Below the pieces are notes generated by a model. It did not search any database and had not been told where the DNA came from. It saw only the letters and a program-made list of their open reading frames with translations. This document shows, piece by piece, positions 21,539 to 31,374 of a stretch of DNA of 43,406 nucleotides. Position numbers and translations under genes: made by a program. Source of the DNA: an uncultured Gammaproteobacteria bacterium (GTDB taxonomy: Bacteria > Patescibacteriota > Microgenomatia > Levybacterales > UBA12049); NCBI GenBank assembly GCA_964483115.1, contig CAYZZF010000005.1:1-43406 (forward strand), given 5' to 3'. Each line of letters begins with the position of its first letter. Positions within the stretch are counted from its first letter, which is position 1.

Positions 21539-22895
21539 GTAATTTTTTTAAGATATTTCTTATCGTATTAACATCCGCACCTTTTATTTGTTTTATAACT
21601 TGGCCAATCAGAAACTCCAAAGTTTGAGTTTTACCTTTTTTATACTCATTTGCAGCCTGTTGGTTATTTTGCAAAACCTGATTGATAACTATTTTAATTT
21701 TATCCTCAGGTATTGATACGGTTTGTTTTGCCGAAATTATTGTTTTAATTAACTCAGCAGGTAGAATATTATTTATATCTATTTTTTTATTAATGATAAA
21801 ATTCGCGATTGTCTTTATATCTATACTCTTTTCTTTTTTATTTTTTAATTGTTTGTTTATTTTTATTATCTTTTCGAAATAATCGGCGATTGATTTTTCT
21901 CTAGTTATTATTTCTGCATTATACTCTGTGAGTTTATACTCCTTTATAAATCTTTCAAGCCTTTTATCGGGAAGCTCTGGCATTTTAATTTTGATTTCGT
22001 CAAGTTCCAAAATTGACCATCTTACTGAAGGGATATCAGGTTCTGGAAAATATCTGTAATCGCTTGCTTCTTCTTTGACTCTTTGCGTAACAGTTTCTTT
22101 CCTTTTTTCATCCCATCCTCTTGTTTCCTGTATTGGTGTTTGCCCTTTTTTAAGTAGTTCAAGTTGACGATTGGTTTCAAAATTAATTGCGCGCTCAACA
22201 AATCTGAAAGAGTTTATGTTTTTCACTTCTACTTTATAAGCTGGTAGTTTATTATTTGAAACTTCATGGAGCGAGATGTTCGGCTCAAATCTCATGTCGC
22301 CCCTTTCCATATCTGCGTTTGAAATGTCAAGATACCTTACGATCTGCTGGAGTTTTTGTAGGTATTCTTTGACATCGGCTGAATTTTCAAAATCTGGTTC
22401 CGTAACAACTTCAACAAGAGGAACTCCGCTCCTGTTGAAATCTATTAAGGTTACTTTTTTTCCATTAATATCTTGATGAATTAGTTTTCCTGTATCTTCT
22501 TCCATATGAACACGTCTTATTCTTATGGTTTTTCCACTGCTAAGCTTAATATTTCCATTTATACAGAATGGCTCGTCGTACTGGCTGATTTGGTAGCCTT
22601 TTGGAAGGTCTGGATAAAAATAATTTTTTCTGTCAAACTTTGAAATCTTATGAATTTTACAGTTTAATGACATTCCTAGCATCACACACCACTCAATTGC
22701 AGTTTTGTTTGGCACCGGGAGTGCACCTGGTAATCCAAGACAAACAGGACAGGTATGAGTATTTGGCTTTTTGCCAAAATAATCAGCAGAACATGAACAA
22801 AACATCTTTGATTTTGTTTTAAGTTCAACATGAACTTCAAGACCAATTATTGGCTTATAGTTTATGGGTAATGGCAAATCGTTTATATTTTTCAT
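21525..22895 (-). CDS. gatB: Asp/Glu-tRNA amidotransferase subunit B
   Basis: IGLEVHVEL, FDRKNYFYPDLPKGYQISQ, DYRYFPEPD; start set at ATG 22895 (ATGA overlap with gatA stop). Confidence 0.98.
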   Translation of the reverse strand: MKNINDLPLPINYKPIIGLEVHVELKTKSKMFCSCSADYFGKKPNTHTCPVCLGLPGALPVPNKTAIEWCVMLGMSLNCKIHKISKFDRKNYFYPDLPKGYQISQYDEPFCINGNIKLSSGKTIRIRRVHMEEDTGKLIHQDINGKKVTLIDFNRSGVPLVEVVTEPDFENSADVKEYLQKLQQIVRYLDISNADMERGDMRFEPNISLHEVSNNKLPAYKVEVKNINSFRFVERAINFETNRQLELLKKGQTPIQETRGWDEKRKETVTQRVKEEASDYRYFPEPDIPSVRWSILELDEIKIKMPELPDKRLERFIKEYKLTEYNAEIITREKSIADYFEKIIKINKQLKNKKEKSIDIKTIANFIINKKIDINNILPAELIKTIISAKQTVSIPEDKIKIVINQVLQNNQQAANEYKKGKTQTLEFLIGQVIKQIKGADVNTIRNILKKLLEEK

Positions 22896-24298
22896 AGCGG
22901 TTTTATCTTGTACCAATTTGTTTCTTGTTCGTATGCATAACCTATTTTAAATAGAAGCTTTTCTGAAAATTGGGGACCCAATATTTGCATTCCCGTAGGC
23001 AATCCATCTATAAATCCAATTGGCACGGACAATCCTGGGATGCCTGAAAGATTGGCTGTAACAGTAAAAATGTCGGATAAGTACATTTTAAGTGGGTCAT
23101 CCACTCTTTCTCCAAGTTTCCAAGGTAAGGTGGGAGAAATCGGTGTAATTATCGCATCAACTTTTTTAAACGCTTTATCAAAATCTCTTTTTATAAGAGT
23201 TCTTATTAGCATAGCTCTTTTGTAATAAGCTTCATAATAGCCGGAGGATAAAACATATGTCCCAAGTATTATTCTTCTTTTTGCTTCATCGCCAAAATAA
23301 GTTCTGTTGTTTCCATATCTTATACCATCGTATCTTGCAAGATTTGAAGAAACTTCAGCTGGTTGAATTATGTAGTAGCATGCAATTGCATATTCAGTAT
23401 TTGGTAAGGATATTTCCTCTATTTTTACTCCTTGTTTTTCTAGAACTTTTACGGCCTTTTCTGTTCTTTCTTTTACTCTTTTATCAAGTCCCTTGGAGAA
23501 ATATTTTTTTGGAAGACCTATTTTAACTCCTTTAATATCTTTTTCAGAATATGTTTTATAGTTGTCCACTTTTTCATCAGATGTTGTTGCATCGTATGGG
23601 TCTTTTCCTGCTGTGATTGAGAGAATAAGTGCAGAATCTTCAACGTTTTTTGTAAAATGCCCAATACTATCAAGAGATGATGCCATAGCTATAATGCCGT
23701 ATCTTGAAACTCTTCCATAAGTTGGTTTAAGCCCTACAACACCACAGAAACTTGCAGGAAGTCTTATTGAGCCTCCTGTATCTGTTCCTGTTGACGCAAA
23801 GCACATATTTGAAGCAACTGCAACTGCTGAACCGCTTGATGAACCTCCAGGGACAAACTCTGGATTCCAAGGATTTTTTGTTGGTCCAAAATCTGAATTT
23901 TCTCCACTTGAGCCGTGCGCCCACGCGTCAAGATTGGTTTTTCCGACTATTATCGCTCCCGCATTTTCAAGTTTTTCAACAACCGTAGCACTGTATGAAG
24001 GTATATAATTATCAAGAACTTTTGACCCAGCAGTTGTTTTTAGACCCTTTGTAAGAAAAATGTCCTTTACGGCTAGAGGAATTCCAAGAAGTGGAAGTTC
24101 AGTTCCTTGAGATCTTGATTTGTCTGCTTTACCTGCCTCTTTCAGCGCTTTCTCTTTATTTAAGGCTAGAAATGCGTTTAGCTTGGGATTTTTTTTTGCA
24201 ATTTGTTTAAAACAATAATTCACAAGCTCTAGGGAAGAAAATTCTTTTTTTCTTAACCCATTAAGTGCTGGTTTAATTGTTAATTCATTTAGTCTCAT
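22892..24298 (-). CDS. gatA: Asp/Glu-tRNA amidotransferase subunit A
   Basis: AVKD, PGGSSSGSA, GTDTGGSIRLPA, SSNLARYDG. Confidence 0.98.
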   Translation of the reverse strand: MRLNELTIKPALNGLRKKEFSSLELVNYCFKQIAKKNPKLNAFLALNKEKALKEAGKADKSRSQGTELPLLGIPLAVKDIFLTKGLKTTAGSKVLDNYIPSYSATVVEKLENAGAIIVGKTNLDAWAHGSSGENSDFGPTKNPWNPEFVPGGSSSGSAVAVASNMCFASTGTDTGGSIRLPASFCGVVGLKPTYGRVSRYGIIAMASSLDSIGHFTKNVEDSALILSITAGKDPYDATTSDEKVDNYKTYSEKDIKGVKIGLPKKYFSKGLDKRVKERTEKAVKVLEKQGVKIEEISLPNTEYAIACYYIIQPAEVSSNLARYDGIRYGNNRTYFGDEAKRRIILGTYVLSSGYYEAYYKRAMLIRTLIKRDFDKAFKKVDAIITPISPTLPWKLGERVDDPLKMYLSDIFTVTANLSGIPGLSVPIGFIDGLPTGMQILGPQFSEKLLFKIGYAYEQETNWYKIKPL

Positions 24299-24579
24299 TC
24301 GTTGAAAATTGCTTTTACTTTGAAGAGTCCGTTATGTTTTGACTTTGTATTTGAAAGAGCATCTTCCTGAGACAGGGAAGGAAGAGAAACATCTTTTCTT
24401 GTAAGATTCTCAAGACCTTTAACTTGAGAAGTGACTTCAACACCCTTTATATTTATTTTTTTTAATTTCTCAAAATATCCGAGGATTTCTTCAAGTTGTT
24501 TCTCAAACTTTTTTTCTTCATGTTTTTTTATTTCAAGATTTGCTAATTTTGCTGTGTGTTTTAGGTTTATTTTCATCAT
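24295..24579 (-). CDS. gatC: Asp/Glu-tRNA amidotransferase subunit C
   Basis: HTAKLANL, ILGYFEKL, FKVKAI; coupled to gatA. Confidence 0.93.
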   Translation of the reverse strand: MMKINLKHTAKLANLEIKKHEEKKFEKQLEEILGYFEKLKKINIKGVEVTSQVKGLENLTRKDVSLPSLSQEDALSNTKSKHNGLFKVKAIFNE

Positions 24580-24632
24580 CTATTTTGTCATACCTTATTA
24601 TATTCAACTATATTAATTTATTCAATGAGAAA

Positions 24633-25394
24633 TCAGTCTGATAATGCTAATTTTTGAAAAATAAAGCTGCGGGCTTTCTCAGAAAGAGAATCATCGAGTT
24701 TCAAAAGTTCTATTTTGTTTTTATACTTTCTCTCAAGTGCTTTTTTTATCAGCCAATCTGCGATTTGCGGGTTTTTTGGTAGAATTGGACCATGAAGATA
24801 GGTGCCGATTGAGTTTTTGTAAATTGCTCCCTCAGTATTATCGCTACCATTATTACCAAATCCTTTTATGACGGTTCCAAATGGTTTCAAATTTTTTCCC
24901 AGATAAGTTCTCCCTCCATGATTTTCAAACCCAATAACAATATTTGTTTGGTGACTGACCAAATCAGCTTTAATAGCAATATTCCCAATAAGCCTTGGCT
25001 TATGAGGTCCTGGATTTTCTGTATATAAGTCTAATATACCTAAACCCTTGATAAGTGTTCCATCTGATTTTTTGTAGTATTTGCCTAGAAATTGGTATGC
25101 TCCACAGATGTAAAGCCCTGGCGTGCCATCTTCAATTTTTCTTTCTAAAGCATTAATTTTTTGAGAAGTAAAATCTTTAGAAACAATTTTCTGCTGGATA
25201 TCCTGTGCCCCCCCCATAAATAAAATGTCTACATTGTTTAATAGCTTTGTATTAAATTCCACATTTAGATTTAGTATTTCAGTTTTTATTCCTCGCCATT
25301 CACATCTTTTTGCAAGAACAATAATATTGCCACGATCTCCGTATGTACTCATCAGTTCCGGATATAACCAACCAATGCTTAGCAAAAACTTCAT
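24633..25394 (-). CDS. gatD: Lipid II isoglutaminyl synthase glutaminase subunit (CobQ-like GATase)
   Basis: LYPELMSTYGDRGN, ICGAYQ, GFENHGG, YLHGP; paired with murT. Confidence 0.92.
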   Translation of the reverse strand: MKFLLSIGWLYPELMSTYGDRGNIIVLAKRCEWRGIKTEILNLNVEFNTKLLNNVDILFMGGAQDIQQKIVSKDFTSQKINALERKIEDGTPGLYICGAYQFLGKYYKKSDGTLIKGLGILDLYTENPGPHKPRLIGNIAIKADLVSHQTNIVIGFENHGGRTYLGKNLKPFGTVIKGFGNNGSDNTEGAIYKNSIGTYLHGPILPKNPQIADWLIKKALERKYKNKIELLKLDDSLSEKARSFIFQKLALSD

Positions 25395-25408
25395 AATGTA
25401 AGCGTTAA

Positions 25409-26725
25409 TTAAAGAATTTTTTTACCTGTTAAAATTTTTCGAAGATCAAGCATTGCTGAATACGTTGGTAAAATATATAGTGTATCGCTGGACTTAATAC
25501 CTTTTAAGGAATCATCTATAGCTTTTTTCAAATCCTCGTAAATTTTGAAATTTTCCGCCAGAGACCGACCTTGTTTTAGATGAGAGTTTTGAATTGAGTA
25601 CTTTAATCTTAACCCCATATCATAAGGTCTATCTCCTGATATAAAAATTGATTTGAAATTTTCTAGATTATTTTCAAAATCAACATCCCATATCCATGAA
25701 ACATCACGGCCATCTGGAATTCTGTCATTTAAAACTATCAAAAGGTACCTTGCCGCAAGCGTATTTATTGTACTTAGAGATTGATTAAAACTTGTAGGAT
25801 TTTTAGAGAGAAATATCTGCACATTTTTTTTATTATATTTAACAATTTCTTGTCTTCCAAATGCGGGTTTAAAATTCTTTAATGCAGTTTTTATTTTATT
25901 GTCCGAAACGCCTAGCATTTTTACTAGCAAAACCGCAGCATGAGTATTATATTTGTTGTAAAGACCTGGTAGAGGATAGATATTAAAATCTGAAAAGTCG
26001 ATTTTTGGTCTTTTGAATCCACAATTCTTGCAATCCCAATTTCCAAGATGAGAAAACGTTACATTTTTATAATCTAATTTATTACTACACTTAGGACAGT
26101 AAATGGAATCAGAAGCATGTTCAAGCGATGCGTTTGAGGTCGTAGGCAAAACACCAAAATAATACGTTTTTGCATAAGTTTTCGTACCAAGAGATGCAAT
26201 CTGAGGATCGTCGGCATTCAAAATCAGAGTAGTTTTTGAAGAGAGATTTCTTAAGGCTTTGCTCCACTTATTTGTGATTATATTAACCTCACCATATCTA
26301 TCCAGTTGGTCTCTAAATAAGTTTAGGAGGATAATATAATTGGGAAAGACCTCCTTTAAAATCAAAGGCAGCGTGTTTTCATCCACTTCAAGAATCGCAT
26401 AGTCATAATCTAATCCAGCTATGAAGTTGGAATAATGAATTAAGGCTGATGCTATTCCGTTTAACAAGTTGGCTCCTGACTGATTTTGAAATACAAACTT
26501 TTTGTCTTCTTCAAGAATTGTTTGAATAATCTTACCTGTTGTAGTTTTACCGTTAGTTCCTGCAATGAGTATTATTTTTACTTTAGATTTTGCAAAAAAA
26601 CTCTTTATAAATTTTCTATTTGCCAATAGCGCTATATGACCTGACCACGTAGAACCACTTCCAAAATTGAGGACTCTGCTTAGGAAAATAATTATCTTGC
26701 CTAGAATTACAAGAGATATGTTCAT
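25409..26725 (-). CDS. murT: Lipid II isoglutaminyl synthase Mur-ligase-like subunit
   Basis: GTNGKTTT, NLFRDQLDRYGE, CPKC..CKNC zinc finger, DGRDVSWIWD. Confidence 0.93.
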   Translation of the reverse strand: MNISLVILGKIIIFLSRVLNFGSGSTWSGHIALLANRKFIKSFFAKSKVKIILIAGTNGKTTTGKIIQTILEEDKKFVFQNQSGANLLNGIASALIHYSNFIAGLDYDYAILEVDENTLPLILKEVFPNYIILLNLFRDQLDRYGEVNIITNKWSKALRNLSSKTTLILNADDPQIASLGTKTYAKTYYFGVLPTTSNASLEHASDSIYCPKCSNKLDYKNVTFSHLGNWDCKNCGFKRPKIDFSDFNIYPLPGLYNKYNTHAAVLLVKMLGVSDNKIKTALKNFKPAFGRQEIVKYNKKNVQIFLSKNPTSFNQSLSTINTLAARYLLIVLNDRIPDGRDVSWIWDVDFENNLENFKSIFISGDRPYDMGLRLKYSIQNSHLKQGRSLAENFKIYEDLKKAIDDSLKGIKSSDTLYILPTYSAMLDLRKILTGKKIL

Positions 26726-26730
26726 GCACG

Positions 26731-27630
26731 CTACATCGAGCGGAGAATTTTTATTCGCTCTTCAATTGGTGGATGGGTATCAAAAAGAGAAGAAAACCAT
26801 TGTTTAACTTCTTTGTTCTTAAATGGATTTACAATAAAAAGATGTGCAGTTGCATTTGTTGCTGTCTTAAGAGGTTTTGGATCTCTTGCTATCTTTTCAA
26901 GAGCAGAAGCCAATCCCTCTGGGTACCTTGTAAGAAGAGCACCTGATGCGTCTGCCAAAAGTTCTCTTTTTCTTGATACCGCAAGCTGTATAAGCGTAGC
27001 AGCAATAGGGGAGAGTATGGCAAAAGCGATTCCAAGCAGAATAAAAATTACTTGAAAATTGCTTCCTTCCCTGTCGTTATTGCGAGTTCCACCAAACCAA
27101 AGGCTTCTCATAAAAAAATTAGCTAGAATTACAATAAATCCAACAAGAACTGCAACTATTGCCATAAGCCTTGTGTCGAAATTTCTTACATGTGAAAGTT
27201 CATGAGCGATGACTCCTTCGAGTTCAACTTTATTTAATTTTTCCAATATACCTGTTGTAGCCGCAACAACTGCATGATTAGGATCTCTTCCCGTCGCAAA
27301 TGCATTTGGAGAAGGGTCATTTATGATATATATTTTTGGCATTGGAATACCAGAGCCAATACATAGGTTTTCTATAGTATTAAATAAGACTGGATTATCT
27401 GATTTTTTAATAGGAGTTGCTCCTGATATTGCAAGCACAAGCTTATCTGAATAATAGTAACTTCCAAGACTTGTAATTCCTGACAAAATTAAAGCAAAGC
27501 CAACAAGCGGCCAGCCATAGCCTAAGGCCTTACTAAACACATAAATGATTGTAGTTATAAAAACAACAAACAAAAACATTATAAGCCACGTCTTCCATTT
27601 GTTGGAATATATAGCGTTATAGACATTCAT
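26731..27630 (-). CDS. htpX: Membrane zinc protease HtpX (M48)
   Basis: PNAFATG, HELSH, SRKRELLAD, THPPIEERI. Confidence 0.95.
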   Translation of the reverse strand: MNVYNAIYSNKWKTWLIMFLFVVFITTIIYVFSKALGYGWPLVGFALILSGITSLGSYYYSDKLVLAISGATPIKKSDNPVLFNTIENLCIGSGIPMPKIYIINDPSPNAFATGRDPNHAVVAATTGILEKLNKVELEGVIAHELSHVRNFDTRLMAIVAVLVGFIVILANFFMRSLWFGGTRNNDREGSNFQVIFILLGIAFAILSPIAATLIQLAVSRKRELLADASGALLTRYPEGLASALEKIARDPKPLKTATNATAHLFIVNPFKNKEVKQWFSSLFDTHPPIEERIKILRSM

Positions 27631-27633
27631 ACA

Positions 27634-28176
27634 TCAAAACTTAACCTGAACCGGTTGTTTTTCTTTCTCTAGGGCTCCGAAAAATTCTGTGGGCTCAAAA
27701 TTAAAAATTCTTGCTATTATAACATTTGGGAATATTTTAATTTTTGTATTATAATCCATAACAGCCGAGTTATAGAATTGTCTTGCATATGCAATCTTGT
27801 TTTCGGTGTCAGATAATTCCCCCTGAAGTTCTAGAAAATTTTGACTTGCTTTAAGTTCGGGATAGTTTTCTGCCACGGCAAAAATTGATTTTAATGTCTC
27901 TGACAGCATGTTGTTTGCCGATGCTTTTTCCATTGCGCCCTTGGCGGATAGCAGACTTGATCTTTCTTTTGTAACTTTTTCAAATAGCTCTCTTTCATGA
28001 GCAGCATAACCTTTAACTGTCTCAACTAGATTTGGGATAAGATCAGTTCTTCTTTTTAGCTGAACATCTATTTGAGAGAGTGCTTCTGAAACCCTTACCT
28101 TCGAAGTTATAAGTCCGTTGTACAAAAACCAAATAAACAATATCAGTAAAACTAAAATGATTATAAAAATTAGCAT
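27634..28176 (-). CDS. lemA: LemA family protein
   Basis: QIDVQLKRRTDLIPNLV, ENYPELKA; GGAGGTG Shine-Dalgarno. Confidence 0.96.
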   Translation of the reverse strand: MLIFIIILVLLILFIWFLYNGLITSKVRVSEALSQIDVQLKRRTDLIPNLVETVKGYAAHERELFEKVTKERSSLLSAKGAMEKASANNMLSETLKSIFAVAENYPELKASQNFLELQGELSDTENKIAYARQFYNSAVMDYNTKIKIFPNVIIARIFNFEPTEFFGALEKEKQPVQVKF

Positions 28177-28193
28177 ATTTCACCTCCCCTCAA

Positions 28194-29963
28194 TTAAGAC
28201 ACTTTTAACCATTTTTCAAATCCATTATACTCTAAAGTATTGAGTATGTCACTTTTTCTTGCCCACCCGCGTCTTGCCGTTGCAACGCCGTATTTTATTA
28301 AATCCATTTGCCATATTGCATGACTGTCCGTATTTATAACCATTTTAATATTTTTCTCAACAGCCATCTTTATAGTTACATCACTTAGGTCAAGACGAGC
28401 AGGCCAGCTGTTTATCTCCAATGCTTTATTGTATTTTTTACAGAAGTCAAATAATTTTTCCCAATTCAAATCATAGCCAGGTCTCTCATTTAGCATTCTG
28501 CCTGTTGGGTGAGCCAATATTTTAGCTTTTTTATGGGAAAGACCTTTAATAATTCTATCTGTCATTTTATCTCTATTCATATTAAATACGCTATGAATTG
28601 AAACTATAGCAGCGTCCAGAAGATCCATGCACTTAGAATCAATAGCAACTGAACCATTGGGTAAAATATCTACTTCGAGTAATTTAAATATTCGTATACT
28701 TTTATTGTTTGATTTTACTTGTTCAATATACTCATTTCTTTTTGCTATTATTAGATAGATTTCATCAGGGGTATGTTTTGAAATACTAGGATTATGTTCG
28801 GAAAACCCCAAATATTGATATTTTAGTTCTTTTGCTTTTTTCAACATACTCTCCATTAAATCTTTTCCTAAATCATGACTTGGTTCTATAGAATAGCTTG
28901 AGTGTATATGAAGATCGCCTTTAATATCTTTTTCTTCTACAAGTTTTGGTAATTTATGTTTAAGAGCAAGTTCAATCTCTCCTTTATTTTCTCTAATTTC
29001 AGGTGGAATCCAATCCATTCCAAGCGCACTATAAAATTTTTCCTCAGTGTCGAATTTCTCTATCTCCTTTTTGCCCCGCATTTTTTTTATACCATATTCT
29101 GACAGAGACAGACTGTTCTTAATTGCCATCTCACGAAGTGCAATGTTGTGATCCTTACTTCCTGTAAAGTGTTGAAGTAGAGATCCAAAACTTTCTGGTG
29201 GTTGAACCATAAGATCGATTTGCCTGCCTCCTGACACCAACATTGAGGCAGTCACATCACCTTGCTCTATCGTGCGCTCATTGTACGGATATGAAATAAA
29301 GTAGGAAATGACTCCTTTAGGGTTTTTCGAAGCAATGGCTATGTCTATATCTCCAATAGTTGACATTCTACGTCTTAAGCTTCCCAATGGTTCAGCTTTT
29401 AGCACATACTTTGATTTTTTAAGATAGGCAACGATTTTATCGGCAATTTCCATTGCGTAGGGAAGTGTCATTCTCGTTGTTTTACCCTTCCCTAGACGGA
29501 ACTCGGAAATTGCCCGTACTATATCACTTTGTGATTTTTCCCCAAAGCCTTCAAGTTTAGCAATTTTGTCTTGCTTTCCTATCTTTTCTAAATCATCTAT
29601 AACTGTTTTAGAATCTTTTAGTTTAAACTCCTTGACAAGTCTATAGGCCTTTTTAGGACCAAAACTTGGTATATCAAGAAGCGGAAATACTGATTTTGGT
29701 ATGCCTTTTAGTACCCATTCAAAGTGTCTTACTTTGCCTTTTTTGAGGAGCTCCTGTAAATGATTACGAATAGTTACCCCAACGCCTGGCAATAGATTTA
29801 ATTTGTCTTCATGGTAAAATTCCTGTATTTCTGAAGTTAGATTCGAAATAGCCTCTGAAGCCTTTTGATAGGCAATAATTTGAAAGCGGAATTTTTTTTC
29901 ATTTTTTATAGTATAGGCTGCTGCTACATTACGCAAAAGCTCTGCGACTTCTTGATTACTCAT
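28194..29963 (-). CDS. polX: DNA polymerase X with PHP domain
   Basis: GSLRR-GDIDI, HFTGSKDHN, GDLHIHS, AHPTGR, NTDSH. Confidence 0.95.
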   Translation of the reverse strand: MSNQEVAELLRNVAAAYTIKNEKKFRFQIIAYQKASEAISNLTSEIQEFYHEDKLNLLPGVGVTIRNHLQELLKKGKVRHFEWVLKGIPKSVFPLLDIPSFGPKKAYRLVKEFKLKDSKTVIDDLEKIGKQDKIAKLEGFGEKSQSDIVRAISEFRLGKGKTTRMTLPYAMEIADKIVAYLKKSKYVLKAEPLGSLRRRMSTIGDIDIAIASKNPKGVISYFISYPYNERTIEQGDVTASMLVSGGRQIDLMVQPPESFGSLLQHFTGSKDHNIALREMAIKNSLSLSEYGIKKMRGKKEIEKFDTEEKFYSALGMDWIPPEIRENKGEIELALKHKLPKLVEEKDIKGDLHIHSSYSIEPSHDLGKDLMESMLKKAKELKYQYLGFSEHNPSISKHTPDEIYLIIAKRNEYIEQVKSNNKSIRIFKLLEVDILPNGSVAIDSKCMDLLDAAIVSIHSVFNMNRDKMTDRIIKGLSHKKAKILAHPTGRMLNERPGYDLNWEKLFDFCKKYNKALEINSWPARLDLSDVTIKMAVEKNIKMVINTDSHAIWQMDLIKYGVATARRGWARKSDILNTLEYNGFEKWLKVS

Positions 29964-29971
29964 GTAAAGAA

Positions 29972-30014
29972 ATGATACCAGAGCATTGACTATAATTCAA
30001 TAATTTGCTAGGAT
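29972..30014. promoter_or_regulatory. Overlapping divergent promoters for polX (-) and tRNA-Asp (+)
   Basis: Minus: TTGAAT-17-TATCAT with TG extension, 8 nt before ATG. Plus: TTGACT(29986)-17-TAGGAT(30009) with TG extension. Confidence 0.65.
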
Positions 30015-30025
30015 ACTTGCGGTCT

Positions 30026-30099
30026 GGGCTCGTAGTGAAGAGGCCTATCACGTCTCCCTGTCACGGAGAAGATCGCCGGTTCGAATCCGGTCGAGCCCG
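30026..30099 (+). tRNA. tRNA-Asp(GTC)
   Basis: GGGCTCG/CGAGCCC acceptor; TCTCC-CTGTCAC-GGAGA anticodon arm; GGTTCGAATCC. Confidence 0.96.
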
Positions 30100-30170
30100 C
30101 CTTCGTTCGCCGAAGCTGCTTTAGCGAAGGCAAAAGGCTATCTCGGCGAACTTCAGCGGTTAAAACCCGC
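30099..30170. repeat. GC-rich REP-like inverted-repeat cluster after tRNA-Asp
   Basis: gccttcg/cgaaggc, gttcgccga/tcggcgaac and gcgg/ccgc pairings. Confidence 0.6.
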
Positions 30171-30211
30171 AAGTGTATAATCAAATAACCTCTGTCCAGA
30201 AAGGAGGAGAT

Positions 30212-30853
30212 ATGCCTAGAAGAAAAATCACTCAAAAGAAAGTAAATATAAGAGGCGTCCAAAAAAAAGACGGCACATCTGATGTTCTGTCAAAAATAAA
30301 AAGAGAAGAATCTTATACAAGTTTTATAATAGGAATAGTTATTGTTCTTCTGGTAGCAATTGGCTTAATCATCATTTTAAAAGGAAATAGAAGGATGCAA
30401 ACAAGTTCTGTTCAGCTTAAGCCTACAATTGAGGCCGGAAAACAAAAACTAGAACGTCAAAAAGAAAATAAAAATTTACCAAAGACCTATACTGTTAAAG
30501 AGGGGGATAATCTTTGGACAATTTCTGAAAAAATTTATAGCTCGGGTTACAATTGGGTTGATATAGCAAGAGTCAATGGTCTTGCTAATCCTAATCTTAT
30601 ATACTCGGGAAATAGATTGATAATTCCCAATGTGCAAGCAAAAATAATTACCACAGGTAAAGTTCAAAATGTTATATCAACTGGCAGTGCGATTTCTACA
30701 AATACCTATACGGTTGTTCAGGGAGACAATCTTTGGGAGATTGCTGTAAGAGCTTACGGAGACGGTTTTAATTGGACAAAGATTGCAAAAGTAAATAATC
30801 TTGCAAATCCGAATATAATTCATTCAGGAAACATTTTGAAAATACCCCGCTAA
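30212..30853 (+). CDS. Membrane-anchored protein with two LysM domains
   Basis: One TM helix; YTVKEGDNLWTIS and YTVVQGDNLWEIA repeats; start set at ATG 30212 behind AAGGAGG. Confidence 0.93.
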   Translation: MPRRKITQKKVNIRGVQKKDGTSDVLSKIKREESYTSFIIGIVIVLLVAIGLIIILKGNRRMQTSSVQLKPTIEAGKQKLERQKENKNLPKTYTVKEGDNLWTISEKIYSSGYNWVDIARVNGLANPNLIYSGNRLIIPNVQAKIITTGKVQNVISTGSAISTNTYTVVQGDNLWEIAVRAYGDGFNWTKIAKVNNLANPNIIHSGNILKIPR

Positions 30854-30993
30854 TTCATTATTGGTTATTTGTTGTTTGCAGCAGACTATTGGAAAGTTTA
30901 AAATGTAATTACGTTGAATAAACGTAAAACTTTAATGGAAAAGATGCAGGATTAGTTCACTGAATGTTATCTTTCCATGCCTGCACTTGCCAT

Positions 30994-31065
30994 GCGATGG
31001 TAGTTCAGCGGTAGAATGTCTCCTTCCCAAGGAGAAGGTCGAGGGTTCAACTCCCTTCCATCGCT
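30994..31065 (+). tRNA. tRNA-Gly(CCC)
   Basis: GCGATGG/CCATCGC acceptor; TCTCC-TTCCCAA-GGAGA anticodon arm; GGTTCAACTCC. Confidence 0.95.
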
Positions 31066-31321
31066 CAAGATCAGCGGAAGACAAGTCTATCAGGACTCAT
31101 TTAATCACCAGATTTCTTCCTTGGCTGGAACAATCTTTGAGAAATCCTCAACACCACTCCAGTATTGGCTCTGCGCAATATTTATCATGGCGGTAATACG
31201 CTCAGGCGTATCGGCTAAACAATTACAAAGGGAGCTAGGGGTTACATATAAAACAGCATGGAGAATGTTTCAGCAAATAAGAAAACTTATAGCACAAGAT
31301 AGTGGACTACTAAATGGAACC
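31066..31321 (+). mobile_element. IS1595-family transposase remnant (eroded Zn-ribbon plus HTH; DDE domain lost)
   Basis: HQISSLAGTIFEKSSTPLQYW..SGVSAKQLQRELGVTYKTAWRMFQQIR..LLNGT; similarity stops just before the expected VEVDETY motif; no credible start or IRs. Confidence 0.85.
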
Positions 31322-31374
31322 AGACGTCTCGACTATTTACTTACAACCTGTAGTATGATACCATCCGTTCTCAT

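Noticed and set aside
30008-30262. 84-aa minus-strand ORF (AGSTGFEPAIFSVTGRR)
   Set aside because: It is the antisense translation of tRNA-Asp.
30470-30850. Direct nucleotide repeats (aatctttgg, cttgc.aatcc.aat) as a DGR TR/VR pair or CRISPR
   Set aside because: Explained by the two LysM domains; differences are not adenine-specific and there is no spacer array.
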